Assembly (NCBI GenBank): GCA_028279595.1
Contig: JANQNK010000003.1
Span: 192,001-256,000, forward strand
Direction: 5' to 3'
Source of the DNA: Thermoplasmatota archaeon
Lineage (GTDB): Archaea > Thermoplasmatota > JAKEGO01
DNA: 64,000 nt
The position numbers and the translations under genes were made by a program. Within the stretch, counting starts at the first letter, position 1. Each line of letters begins with the position of its first letter. Under the pieces are notes generated by a model. The model saw only the letters and a program-made list of their open reading frames with translations. It was not told the DNA's origin and did not search any database. Shown here piece after piece: positions 1 to 8,922 of the stretch.

Positions 1-1
1 T

Positions 2-241
2 CTTCGGTTTCAATTAGAAATGATTAATGGTGAAATTGGATCTTTTAAAACGTATCTTGATGGTGAACCCGAACAAAGGTATGTAAGGGAAGGTAAGGAG
101 GGAATTCATGATGATGTTATGTTTTTGTTAAATATTGTGATTCCGGTATTTTCGTCTGTAATATTAATTCAAATAGCGTATAGATATCAAAAGAAAAAGG
201 ATTCTCAGAAGTCAGTAAAGTCAGAAAACTTTCATGATTAA
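2..241 (+). CDS. 3' end of a membrane-anchored hypothetical protein (starts left of window)
   Basis: Frame is open from position 2. Ends in a hydrophobic stretch (VMFLLNIVIPVFSSVILIQIAY) followed by basic RYQKKK. Confidence 0.5.
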   Translation, partial: LRFQLEMINGEIGSFKTYLDGEPEQRYVREGKEGIHDDVMFLLNIVIPVFSSVILIQIAYRYQKKKDSQKSVKSENFHD

Positions 242-546
242 TGACGAGTGACGTAGCGATATTTATGTATTGTATATCCCGCTAATGTGTTTAATGTGAA
301 GGAAAAACCTTCGCAAACTCCTACTCTAGCGTTAAAAAACGTAAGAAAAGGGGTCATCACAACAATTGGTGTTTGAGAAATTATTTATAGAATAAACGTA
401 TAGTATAATCCATGTCAGTGAAAATGGAATTTCAGTTTGAATTATCGAAGAATATCGCTGATATTGATCAAATATTAATGAATATTGAAGCAAGTGATGA
501 TGAATTATTCGATTTACTGTATTTATAGGTAAATGACGGTGTATTA

Positions 547-1116
547 ATGGCTCATAAAAGAGGTAAGGGAAAGAAGAAAGGTGGGAAGATTGAACCATTT
601 CCTGAAGCATTAAAACGAGTTGAGGTATTAGCTCGAAGACTTAATCGAAAGGTTGAACGTGCCGTAGCAATACAGACTACTCCTGAAGAGGAAAAGGAAT
701 TCCATTCAATACTTGTTGAACATGGAAAATTTGCAATACCATTTCGTTGTGAAGGTGAAGTGGTTATTTGTTTCATGCCTATTGGTATCGAAAAAGAAGT
801 TAAAGAAAAATTTAAAGGAGTACCGTATGAAAAGCGGAGACGGTTATATTTTCACTTATTACGAGATCTACAATTGAGTAACAGAGTTGGATATACAATA
901 AAACCTCTTGGGATTAAGTTGATTGATCAAATTGATGAAGTATATTTAGAATGTAGCAGTATTATTGAGGATACGAGTGGTGAATCTGCAAATAGACTTG
1001 CAGATATTATTCAAGAAATGGTCATTATGATGTTAAAGGCTGGGAAATATTTTGGTGGTGAAGAAGAAAAAAGTGATTCGAAACCGGATACTTTTACGGT
1101 AATGTATCATCAATAA
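547..1116 (+). CDS. Hypothetical protein, possibly DUF2299-like
   Basis: 189-aa ORF with GGTG RBS-like site. Length, alpha/beta pattern and the acidic C-terminal tail ending in ..MYHQ recall archaeal DUF2299 proteins (weak resemblance). Confidence 0.55.
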   Translation: MAHKRGKGKKKGGKIEPFPEALKRVEVLARRLNRKVERAVAIQTTPEEEKEFHSILVEHGKFAIPFRCEGEVVICFMPIGIEKEVKEKFKGVPYEKRRRLYFHLLRDLQLSNRVGYTIKPLGIKLIDQIDEVYLECSSIIEDTSGESANRLADIIQEMVIMMLKAGKYFGGEEEKSDSKPDTFTVMYHQ

Positions 1117-1131
1117 TAGGTTGAGGATAAG

Positions 1132-1908
1132 ATGGAAAAACGGTTTGTGGCATTTTTCGATGTGTTGGGTTTTTCCGATCAAATTCAGCGGACAAGTGCA
1201 AAAAATGTGATGAAAGAGTATTCGAAATTTATTCAGGACTTATCCAAATCGGAAGGTTCGGAACTTAATGCGTTTATTAGTTCAGATTCAATTATTGTAT
1301 ATACTGAGGATTTATCTGTTGAATCATTTAAATCTATAGTGGATTATTCGGGTAGGTTGTTTGTTAGAGCTTTTCGTAATCATTTTCCATTACGTGGTGC
1401 AATAGATGGTGGAGAATTCGAAATTAGTGATGATCGTCTAGTATATGTTGGTCGTGCATTAATTCGGGCATATAAAGCTGCTTCATCTCAAAAATTGTCA
1501 GGTGTGATTTTAACACCCAATTGTGAAATGGTCTTAGAATCATCGGAATATGCTGGAATTCTCGAAGGAATGGATCGATCATTGAAACTAATTCAAAGGT
1601 CAATACAGATAAAAACTTCTGGTGTCTCTGGTTCATCTGACCGTGAAGGAATTCGGTATTGTGTTAATTGGGTACATGTTTTACACAGTGGTCGAGGCAG
1701 TCGGAAGGAACAGATGACGAAAAAGGAATTTTACTCAAAATTTGTACCAAAACGTAAGGCTGATTTTATTTTTGAATTAGATGTTGAAGAAAAAATCGAA
1801 AATACATATGGATTTTACGATTATACATATAAAATATTATCTCAGACTCGGTTTTTACCTCGTGGTAAAAGGGAAATTTGGCGTAGAACTATCAAGAAAT
1901 CAAAATAG
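1132..1908 (+). CDS. Class III nucleotide cyclase-like (adenylate/guanylate cyclase fold) protein
   Basis: Motifs FFDVLGFS (first metal Asp), SSDSII (second Asp), LRGAIDGG and VGRALIRAY. Confidence 0.7.
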   Translation: MEKRFVAFFDVLGFSDQIQRTSAKNVMKEYSKFIQDLSKSEGSELNAFISSDSIIVYTEDLSVESFKSIVDYSGRLFVRAFRNHFPLRGAIDGGEFEISDDRLVYVGRALIRAYKAASSQKLSGVILTPNCEMVLESSEYAGILEGMDRSLKLIQRSIQIKTSGVSGSSDREGIRYCVNWVHVLHSGRGSRKEQMTKKEFYSKFVPKRKADFIFELDVEEKIENTYGFYDYTYKILSQTRFLPRGKREIWRRTIKKSK

Positions 1909-2092
1909 ACTGTTTTCAATGATGTATAATTGTGGTTGTATGGAATTCAATGACGCATAACTATCGATGTGCGTCAAGATCGTTATGAATATGAGATGGG
2001 CTGATGTTTACATGTAGGTATCTGCGTTTGGTGAAATCCGAGAAAATTTTATGGATTAACGAAATTATGAATGTGAATGTGAATATGAGGCG

Positions 2093-2491
2093 TCATAATT
2101 CCAATTTTGCTTGCGGTGATAATGGATCAGGGAATGAGTTTAGAATGAATTGGTGGAGTTTGTATGATAAGAAAATCGTGTAACATGATGACACACCGAT
2201 TACAGGTAATGTAATATAAGGATTGGATGAGAATGAAATTGCGATTGTGTTTAATGTTATTATTATTACTCCAATTGGAAGTACGAGTAATACTTTTTTC
2301 AGTTCAGTTCGAACTGATGTTGCTACTGTGATGGCTTGAGGGGGTGTTGGTATAGATTCGAAATAGGGGCGTAGTAAATTCTTCCAATTATCTACGTATC
2401 TTACTAGACCTATGAATACTAAACCGATTAAAGCTGCTAATGATTGCGCAAATGTAGAAAGAATCCATATTGATTGTTCTTCGGTTACCAT
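2093..2491 (-). CDS. Small integral membrane protein (3 TM)
   Basis: 132 aa with three hydrophobic segments; starts LSTFAQSLAALIGLVFIGL. Confidence 0.65.
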   Translation of the reverse strand: MVTEEQSIWILSTFAQSLAALIGLVFIGLVRYVDNWKNLLRPYFESIPTPPQAITVATSVRTELKKVLLVLPIGVIIITLNTIAISFSSNPYITLPVIGVSSCYTIFLSYKLHQFILNSFPDPLSPQAKLEL

Positions 2492-2547
2492 GAATAATGA
2501 GTGGGTGACTAATGTAAAAAAGTTTGTAAAAAAATAGTCAATGCCGA

Positions 2548-3189
2548 TTATAAAAAGTTGATGTTATCATATTTGAATGTTTCAACCCAATCCGGAAAAT
2601 TTTCAAAACATTGGTGCAAATCAAAATGATAATCTTTGAAGATGTCAGAGTGAGTTTCGGGTAGTGGTAATATATTACGCATTTCAAAGACAAATAAATC
2701 TAGAGGGTAAATGTCGGTTGGGAATAAAAATCCAGGTCCTGTATTGGGTATGAAATTTCCCGCGGGATATCGTGGAATTTCATAAAAGGGGTTAAATCTG
2801 TGGCAAATCGTGCTGATTCGTGAAGAATGAAGAAATGGATAATTTCGATTCTTATCGAGTAATCTACACTGGTTGAGTAATTCCTCAAGATCGTGTATTC
2901 TATTCGGAATCTCATTATGATTTGCGTATTTAATGAATGATTTTAGGTATAATTCAATACATTGTTGAGCTTCAAAAAAACTGTAGGGATAAATGTGGTG
3001 ATAGAACAGGATTCGGGATAAGAAATAATGAAGGTCTGCTGAAGAAATGAAAATGGTGTAACTCATGTTTTTAAGTTTGGTGTCGAAATCAGGATCTTTA
3101 ATACGTTTCGATATGTTAACAAATTCTTTATTTTTTAAAGTTGTTAGTTCGTCTACGTACATCTTTACATCATCTAATAGTGATTTCAT
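2548..3189 (-). CDS. HEPN domain protein
   Basis: HEPN pattern: AQQCIELYLKS ... HDLEELL ... RYP. Confidence 0.7.
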   Translation of the reverse strand: MKSLLDDVKMYVDELTTLKNKEFVNISKRIKDPDFDTKLKNMSYTIFISSADLHYFLSRILFYHHIYPYSFFEAQQCIELYLKSFIKYANHNEIPNRIHDLEELLNQCRLLDKNRNYPFLHSSRISTICHRFNPFYEIPRYPAGNFIPNTGPGFLFPTDIYPLDLFVFEMRNILPLPETHSDIFKDYHFDLHQCFENFPDWVETFKYDNINFL

Positions 3190-3518
3190 TATTCATCGGT
3201 ATAATGGAGTAACATTGTATAAAAATGTGTAATAAAAATGGTTAATGTGCACTATATATGTGGAGATATGTGGTGAATTGTGACTAGGGGGGTAGTGGTT
3301 TGTAGCGGTCTTCAAGGATATTTAGATAATATCTTGTTGCCTCTTTGATGATATCTGCTCTGTTGTTGTAACCAGCATCTGGATAGTCTGAAAGGAAGTT
3401 GTCAATTCGGTTAAGTAGGTTGTTTGGTAAACTAACAGAAGTATGTCGGGGCATGTCTCAAAATGGGTCTAAGAACTATATAAAACATGTAAATATTTAA
3501 ATGGAAATATGGCTGTAG

Positions 3519-3533
3519 ATATATTTATATATG
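3519..3533 (+). promoter_or_regulatory. TATA box of the integrase (probably a leaderless transcript)
   Basis: TTTATATA about 25 bp upstream of the ATG at 3555; no RBS. Confidence 0.45.
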
Positions 3534-3554
3534 CATATTTGTATTGTGGTGTAG

Positions 3555-4538
3555 ATGCCCACCGATGTGGAGGTCGTGAAAACATCTGAAATTTCCGTGT
3601 TAGAGCGCTGGATACAGGAGATGCGAGCTCGGAACGTAGGCGATTATACAATTAAGCGATATCGTGCGGTTATCGAGCCATCACTTTCCTTCGCCTTGGA
3701 TGAGGGTTATCCTGACCCTATTGATTGGGATATCATTCAAGTTGGATCAATTCTTGATGGTATAGGTCGCAACTCCTGGAAGATCCGTGTGATGAAGCTG
3801 TTCTTAAAGTGGGTCGGGAACGACGTCCTTGTGAAGAACAGGATACTTCATCCGAAGCATCAACATCTTGGTCGATGGCTAAATCAGAACGATTGTCAAA
3901 AGCTTGTTACTCTTGCCCAAACCCCACTTGAACGAGTCGTCATCCACTTTATGATGGAGTTGGGACTACGACGAACTGATCTCTTACGTCTACGTGTGTT
4001 AGATATCGATTTCAGTTGCTCCCGCGTTAACGTACGAGGTAAAGGCTTTCATGACGGCAAGCTACGTGTTCTCCCATTCCATCCTTGTTCACAAGAGGTA
4101 ATCCGGTCATATCTCGAATACCGCGAATACGTTTTCCAAGTTGCACGTCAACGAAGTATTACTCAACCCGAGGATCCTGAAAATCTCCTCGTATACGAAA
4201 GAGGCGGAGAAGTCATAGGATACAAGAGCACCGCCATCGATAATCTCATTCAACGACTAGCGTCACGTCTAGGATTTCATTTCAGTTCTCACGATCTTCG
4301 GAGAACCTTCGGTCGCAACCTTTACTATGCGACAAATCGTGATATCGCAGTAGTTTCTTACGCTCTCGGTCATAGTGATATCCGGACCACGATGAAGTAC
4401 CTGGGTCTAGGATATGATGACCTTCAAAAAGGCATGGTAGACATGGCGAAGATGTGGGAATCGCAACCACATATTGCCGCCGAAGTGGTACTAAAACGGC
4501 GAAATGGAGGACCTAGCAATGAACCCAATTCAGGCTGA
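3555..4538 (+). CDS. Tyrosine recombinase/integrase (XerC/D-like, intact)
   Basis: Complete catalytic set: LGLRRTD (R), RGKG (K), HDLRR (HxxR), LGHSDI (H), TMKYL (Y). Confidence 0.93.
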   Translation: MPTDVEVVKTSEISVLERWIQEMRARNVGDYTIKRYRAVIEPSLSFALDEGYPDPIDWDIIQVGSILDGIGRNSWKIRVMKLFLKWVGNDVLVKNRILHPKHQHLGRWLNQNDCQKLVTLAQTPLERVVIHFMMELGLRRTDLLRLRVLDIDFSCSRVNVRGKGFHDGKLRVLPFHPCSQEVIRSYLEYREYVFQVARQRSITQPEDPENLLVYERGGEVIGYKSTAIDNLIQRLASRLGFHFSSHDLRRTFGRNLYYATNRDIAVVSYALGHSDIRTTMKYLGLGYDDLQKGMVDMAKMWESQPHIAAEVVLKRRNGGPSNEPNSG

Positions 4539-4546
4539 AACAACTG

Positions 4547-4567
4547 AAAAACCCCGCAAAAGCGGGG
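4547..4567 (-). terminator. Hairpin plus T-run downstream of tRNA-Trp
   Basis: CCCCGC-4 nt-GCGGGG inverted repeat (4552-4567) followed by TTTTT on the minus strand. Confidence 0.5.
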
Positions 4568-4575
4568 AAAACGAC

Positions 4576-4747
4576 TGGTGGGAGCACTGGGATTCGAACC
4601 CAGATCAGCGGGTTTCGCCTATCAGGCAAAGTGGCTTTGGGGTCGTTGCTCCAGTTAGTCATCACGACATCAGCAAACCCGTTGCAACTCATTTCCCCAA
4701 TGCGGGTAACTGGAGCCCGCGAGGATGCCAGGTTACCCCATGCTCCC
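4576..4747 (-). tRNA. trnW: tRNA-Trp(CCA) with a 96-nt intron at canonical position 37/38 (4614-4709); CCA encoded
   Basis: Acceptor stem GGGAGCA/TGCTCCC+ACCA, anticodon stem GCGGG-CT CCA G|A-CCCGC, T-arm CTGGG TTCGAAT CCCAG. Exons total 76 nt. Relaxed bulge-helix-bulge at the junctions. Confidence 0.96.
4637..4700 (-). ncRNA. Intron-encoded C/D box guide sRNA for 2'-O-methylation of tRNA-Trp C34 and C39
   Basis: Stem TTGGG/CCCAA; box C GAAATGA; guide CGGGTTT; D' CTGA; C' GTGATGA; guide TAACTGGAGC; D ACGA. The D+5 rule points to C39 and C34. Confidence 0.88.
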
Positions 4748-4799
4748 ACATGCTCGAGAGCATCCTCCGGGTCCCGTCGGAGCGGTCGGTCCACTGGGT

Positions 4800-4907
4800 T
4801 CAAGCCTTGCGCTGACGCAGCGCCTTCTGCCGGCGCCGCATGCGCTTCTTGCGCCATTTCCAGCGCATGTTGCCCTTCTTCTTCCAGCTTCTCGAGCCTC
4901 TCTTCAT
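4800..4907 (-). CDS. rpl41e: Ribosomal protein L41e (eL41/eS32), 35 aa; missed by the ORF track
   Basis: Hand translation MKRGSRSWKKKGNMRWKWRKKRMRRRQKALRQRKA contains the L41e core MRWKWRKKRMRR. GGAG RBS; TTTAAATA box at ~4949-4956. Confidence 0.9.
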   Translation of the reverse strand: MKRGSRSWKKKGNMRWKWRKKRMRRRQKALRQRKA

Positions 4908-5047
4908 GAGCCACTCTCCGTTGACTGCGCTGGAATAACTGGTTCTCCTATTTAAAGGTTGATAGGTTGGTTCAGTCTCTCAAAAGTGTGTTGGTATGTA
5001 CCTTTCAATGTGGGAACGTGTATATATCCAAAATCACATTCCGTGGT

Positions 5048-6205
5048 ATGAAGATATGGGTGGCCACCTTAGTTTTCATATTAGTGCTCAGTGGATATGG
5101 GGCGCGAGCATCTTTACCGGTTCAACAGCTTGAAGTCAGTAATGTGTATAGGACTGCAAATCCTGATGTATTCAATGATACGATCGTCTGGGAAAGAGAT
5201 GATCCTTGGCATGACCGCATAATTCAATCATACGATATTCGGTCTAACACCAAATCTATCGTAACCAATCAAACCAGATTCTATTCGAACAATCTTAGCT
5301 GTGACCTTAGAGGAAAAGCACGTAATCCCACTGCACTCGAAGATGCGATCATATGGCAGGATGAAATATTCTATGATTGGTCACAGACGATCGATGGGAT
5401 TGTATATTTGAATCTTACTAATGGACAGCTGTCATTAGTATCAAATGCAACGGAATATTCCGTCAATCCAGACGCTTATGGAGACATCATCGCATGGGAA
5501 TCAGGCTGGGATCAGAAGAATATCACATATCATCATATCTCAACTAACGAAACCATTAAAATCGATAGAAAATACAACCAAATCACACCGCAGGTGTATC
5601 AGAATTATCTTGTCTGGAATGAATATGATGGGGTCCCCTCTGTCGGTTGGACTAGGATCTACGTGAAGAATTTAATCACAAGCGAAATCGTCCAAGTAGG
5701 TGGAGATGGTGTAAAGTCCCCCTCCATTTATGGTGACAAAATTGTCTACGAGCATTGGGTATTTCCAGATGATGAAGGTGATGAACTCATTCGAGACATA
5801 TACATGCATAATCTAACAAGTGGAATTACAATCCCCATCTGCACCGATCCTGGTGATCAATTGATCCCTAAGATCTATGAGGATCAAATTGTTTGGATTG
5901 ACAATAATGATGGCGGATACCATATCGTATCTCACAATTTACAAACCGATGAAACTCTTAAGGTATGTACAGATCCCGAATTCGATCGGTACCATGTCGA
6001 CATTCATGGAAATGTAGTCGTATGGAGCGGTCATAATGAGGACGAATCAAGGTTGTTTTATTCGAATCTTTCATGGGAGCCGATTCCCGATCCGCGAATA
6101 ATCGAAACTATCGATAATGGATCCATAACCTCTGAAGTGATCATTGGATCATTGATTGTGCTGGGTATCATCGGACTTGTAGGTTTATGGAAGCAAAAGT
6201 CCTGA
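5048..6205 (+). CDS. Secreted beta-propeller repeat surface protein with C-terminal TM anchor
   Basis: Signal peptide MKIWVATLVFILVLSG (ATG 5048 preferred over TTG 4967). Seven PxIYGDxIVW-type repeats of the Methanosarcina surface-protein propeller type. C-terminal TM plus basic tail. Confidence 0.8.
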   Translation: MKIWVATLVFILVLSGYGARASLPVQQLEVSNVYRTANPDVFNDTIVWERDDPWHDRIIQSYDIRSNTKSIVTNQTRFYSNNLSCDLRGKARNPTALEDAIIWQDEIFYDWSQTIDGIVYLNLTNGQLSLVSNATEYSVNPDAYGDIIAWESGWDQKNITYHHISTNETIKIDRKYNQITPQVYQNYLVWNEYDGVPSVGWTRIYVKNLITSEIVQVGGDGVKSPSIYGDKIVYEHWVFPDDEGDELIRDIYMHNLTSGITIPICTDPGDQLIPKIYEDQIVWIDNNDGGYHIVSHNLQTDETLKVCTDPEFDRYHVDIHGNVVVWSGHNEDESRLFYSNLSWEPIPDPRIIETIDNGSITSEVIIGSLIVLGIIGLVGLWKQKS

Positions 6206-6222
6206 TAGACTTACGAATGATC

Positions 6223-6263
6223 AAAAAAGAAAAAAAAGAAAGAGTGAGCGCCTCGCGGCGCTC
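6223..6263 (-). terminator. Hairpin and oligo-T terminator after ssb
   Basis: GAGCGCC/GGCGCTC hairpin followed by long T-tracts on the minus strand. Confidence 0.55.
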
Positions 6264-6294
6264 GATTGTCTGTTGGGTGTGTCACAACCGGTTC

Positions 6295-6720
6295 TCAGAA
6301 CCTGTTGTATCCGCCGCCACTGCCGCCATCCCTGCCTCCGTAGCGGGGATTCCTGCGGGGCATGTCGAACTCCCTGTCGGACATGTTGGTCTCGGTGTTG
6401 GCCTCGAGCTCCTCTTCGGCTTGGCTCATTGAGCCGTACTTGCCGATGTTGAGCCTCATGTGGCCCCTGACCAGGGAGATGTAACCGTTGTCCACCTGTA
6501 GTACGTCCCCGACGCTTACCTGCTCGGCCTGATCGTCCCAAAGGGACATCAGGATCCCGCCGGTGTCGTCCGCGACGAGTGCCTCGGTGACCATCCTGGT
6601 CGGTCCGAACCTCGAGGGTATCTCCTTCGGCTCGGATTTTTCGACTACCTTCACAAGAACGTACGCCCTCTTTGACTCGGGCGACAGTTCACTGACGCTT
6701 ACACGCTCTTCGCCTTCCAT
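6295..6720 (-). CDS. ssb: Single-stranded DNA-binding protein (single OB fold, G/R-rich tail)
   Basis: VLVKVVEK...EALVADDTGGILMSLWDDQ...NGY...LNIGKYG matches the Thermoplasma/crenarchaeal-type SSB. Confidence 0.88.
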   Translation of the reverse strand: MEGEERVSVSELSPESKRAYVLVKVVEKSEPKEIPSRFGPTRMVTEALVADDTGGILMSLWDDQAEQVSVGDVLQVDNGYISLVRGHMRLNIGKYGSMSQAEEELEANTETNMSDREFDMPRRNPRYGGRDGGSGGGYNRF

Positions 6721-6813
6721 GGTAATGCCTCATTGTCTTTTATGGTCCTTCGCTCTGGGACCACCCTATCGACAGGACATCTAGTATAACTATCTTTGCC
6801 CGGCCCTTATCGT

Positions 6814-7311
6814 TCACATCGGGTCCACTGGCTCGACCTCGTCGGTCTCGTCGAAGAGCTTCCGGCTGCGCTCCAGGATCTCCACCGATTTCAACTCACC
6901 GATGAGGCGGTCCTCGCCGTCGACGATGGGAAGGTCGTTGAGGTGGTGCTCGACTATGAACCGCGTCGCCTCGACGACGGTGGTGTCGTGCATCACCGGG
7001 GTGGGATCATCCATGAACTCGTCGACGTTCTCCTTGAACACCTCGCGGAGGAAACGGAAGTACGACGTGATGCCGACCTCGCGTACCTTGAGCCTGTAGC
7101 CCACCTGCCGCATGAGGGTGTTTATCGTTACTGTCCCGACGAGGACCCCTTCCTCGTCGACGACGTACACCTTCGTCGACTGGTCAGCTCCGATCAGCGC
7201 GTCGATGGCATCGCTGAGCGGGCTGCCCAGCGTCACTGATGCCGCCACGCATTCGCATCCTTCCATTATGTCCTCGACGGTCTGGTCGAGGATGTGCTTC
7301 TCTTCCGGCAT
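6814..7311 (-). CDS. CBS-pair domain protein
   Basis: Two CBS repeats (VYVVDEEGVLVGTVT; LPIVDGEDRLIGEL). Directly follows mscS. Confidence 0.85.
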   Translation of the reverse strand: MPEEKHILDQTVEDIMEGCECVAASVTLGSPLSDAIDALIGADQSTKVYVVDEEGVLVGTVTINTLMRQVGYRLKVREVGITSYFRFLREVFKENVDEFMDDPTPVMHDTTVVEATRFIVEHHLNDLPIVDGEDRLIGELKSVEILERSRKLFDETDEVEPVDPM

Positions 7312-7312
7312 T

Positions 7313-8824
7313 TCACTCTCCCTCCTTTGCCATGTGGACCGTCGTCTGCGGGAACGGTATGTCGATGCCCGCCTTCTCGAACCTGTCGTGGACCTCGGTG
7401 TTCAGATAGTCGTCCACTGACCACCTGTTGTCCCTGTCGTCCAGCCAGACGATGACCTTGAACATTATCGCGGAGTCACCCAGATCGCTGAACCGGATCA
7501 CGGGCTGGAGGTCCGGATCGTCCTTCAGGATGTGCTCGTTCGCGTCGATTATCTCCTTCAGGATGGCCTTCACCTGGCGTGTGTCGGAATCATAGCCCAC
7601 TCCGATGTTCTTGGAGATCTTGCCGGGATCGTCCGCATTGTCGAAGAGCGCGATGATGTCGGACCCGATCTTGTTGTTCGGTATCGTGACCATCGCCGCG
7701 TCCGAGTATCGATACAGACGGGTCGACCTCAGCCCGATCTTCCTGACCTGGTACCAGGTGTCGTTCCCGAGGATGATGTTGTCACCCTTCTTGAAGGGCC
7801 TGTCCGTGAGGATGAAGATCCCGCTGAAGAAGTTCGATAGGGTCTCCTGCGCGGCGAAGGCGATGACCATGCTGATCACCACCCCTCCTGCCACGAAGAG
7901 GGTGAGATCGATCCCGAGGTGACTGAGAAGTGCTCCCAGCGCTATGATCCCGATGATCACAACACCGATCTTCTCTATCAATGGGATTAGCATGTCGTCG
8001 AGGTCCGTCGCGGTCTTGCGGGACATGATGTGTCCGTAGAACACCACGACCTCCTTGAAGATCTTGTATGCCATGTAGAATATTATTATCGTGAACACGA
8101 GGTAGTAGATCTGATCGAACAGTGAGATCAACCATCCCGGTATGATGTGGTCGATCACCCTCAGGGAGACGATCGCACCATAGAGGAACAGGAGCACGAT
8201 GATCGGCGTGTGCACGATGGCAAGGACCCTGTCGTCGAGCTTGTTCTTGGATTTCTTCGTCCAGTGCTTCACGACCGGGTCCATGGTGATCACTGCGAGG
8301 AACGAGATACCCAGCCAGAGGAGGACGTTCATGACGAAGATGCCGTAGGCGTTGTCAAGCGGCGGACCGAAGGGATTCTCCCAGATCCCGAAGACGAGGT
8401 CAGTGTCCACGTCGGGTTTGGGTTCGTCAATGGTGATCACGACCTTGTGTTCCGAGTACTTGACCGGTGATCCGTTCTGGTAGACCATGAACTCGACGCT
8501 GATGCGTTCCCTGCCCTCTGCATCCGTTGGGACCACAACTGTGAGCGTGAAGGTGCGTGCATCCGAATAGGGAAGGAACGTGGTCATCGGTGACATGGAT
8601 ATGTTCCATCCGCCGATCTCCGATATCGTAACGTTCACGGTGAAGTTCATCTCGAGCTCATCGACGTTCCTCAGCGTCCAGATGAACTCGTACGTGTCCC
8701 CCTTGTTGACATCCCGTTCGTAACCGTCGATCTCGATGATGTCGACGGTCTCCGCACCTACGGCAGGCGCGAGGAGTATCGTCAGGACTGCGAGAATGAC
8801 TATCGCTAGCTGCTGTCGCATCAT
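7313..8824 (-). CDS. mscS: MscS-family mechanosensitive channel with an N-terminal exported domain
   Basis: AFAAQETLSNFFSGIFILTDRPFKKGD, IGLRST, IPNN, GIDIPFPQ. Signal peptide plus a beta-rich ~110-aa domain before the TM helices. Confidence 0.9.
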   Translation of the reverse strand: MMRQQLAIVILAVLTILLAPAVGAETVDIIEIDGYERDVNKGDTYEFIWTLRNVDELEMNFTVNVTISEIGGWNISMSPMTTFLPYSDARTFTLTVVVPTDAEGRERISVEFMVYQNGSPVKYSEHKVVITIDEPKPDVDTDLVFGIWENPFGPPLDNAYGIFVMNVLLWLGISFLAVITMDPVVKHWTKKSKNKLDDRVLAIVHTPIIVLLFLYGAIVSLRVIDHIIPGWLISLFDQIYYLVFTIIIFYMAYKIFKEVVVFYGHIMSRKTATDLDDMLIPLIEKIGVVIIGIIALGALLSHLGIDLTLFVAGGVVISMVIAFAAQETLSNFFSGIFILTDRPFKKGDNIILGNDTWYQVRKIGLRSTRLYRYSDAAMVTIPNNKIGSDIIALFDNADDPGKISKNIGVGYDSDTRQVKAILKEIIDANEHILKDDPDLQPVIRFSDLGDSAIMFKVIVWLDDRDNRWSVDDYLNTEVHDRFEKAGIDIPFPQTTVHMAKEGE

Positions 8825-8922
8825 GCTCCCGCATTGAACGGTCCCTTATTTGATTCTTTTCCTGACCTAGAACGATTCCCCAAATGAGGTGTCAAGTCCC
8901 CGATCGGTACGAGGGTGAGGCC

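Larger units (their letters stand above)
1..4613. mobile_element. Right end of an integrative element/genomic island inserted at the 3' end of tRNA-Trp
   Basis: Visibly AT-rich (about one third GC versus about 60% in most of the window). A full tyrosine integrase ends 37 bp from the tRNA CCA end. The other att copy is not in the window. Confidence 0.8.

Noticed and set aside
1132-2491. Firm call of a Pycsar system
   Set aside because: The cyclase and TM gene are convergent rather than operonic, and no cyclic-nucleotide-binding domain is recognisable.
4504-4955. ORF-track ORFs 4504..4815, 4513..4914, 4631..4909 and 4725..4955
   Set aside because: They overlap tRNA-Trp and the real rpl41e frame and have no protein-like features.
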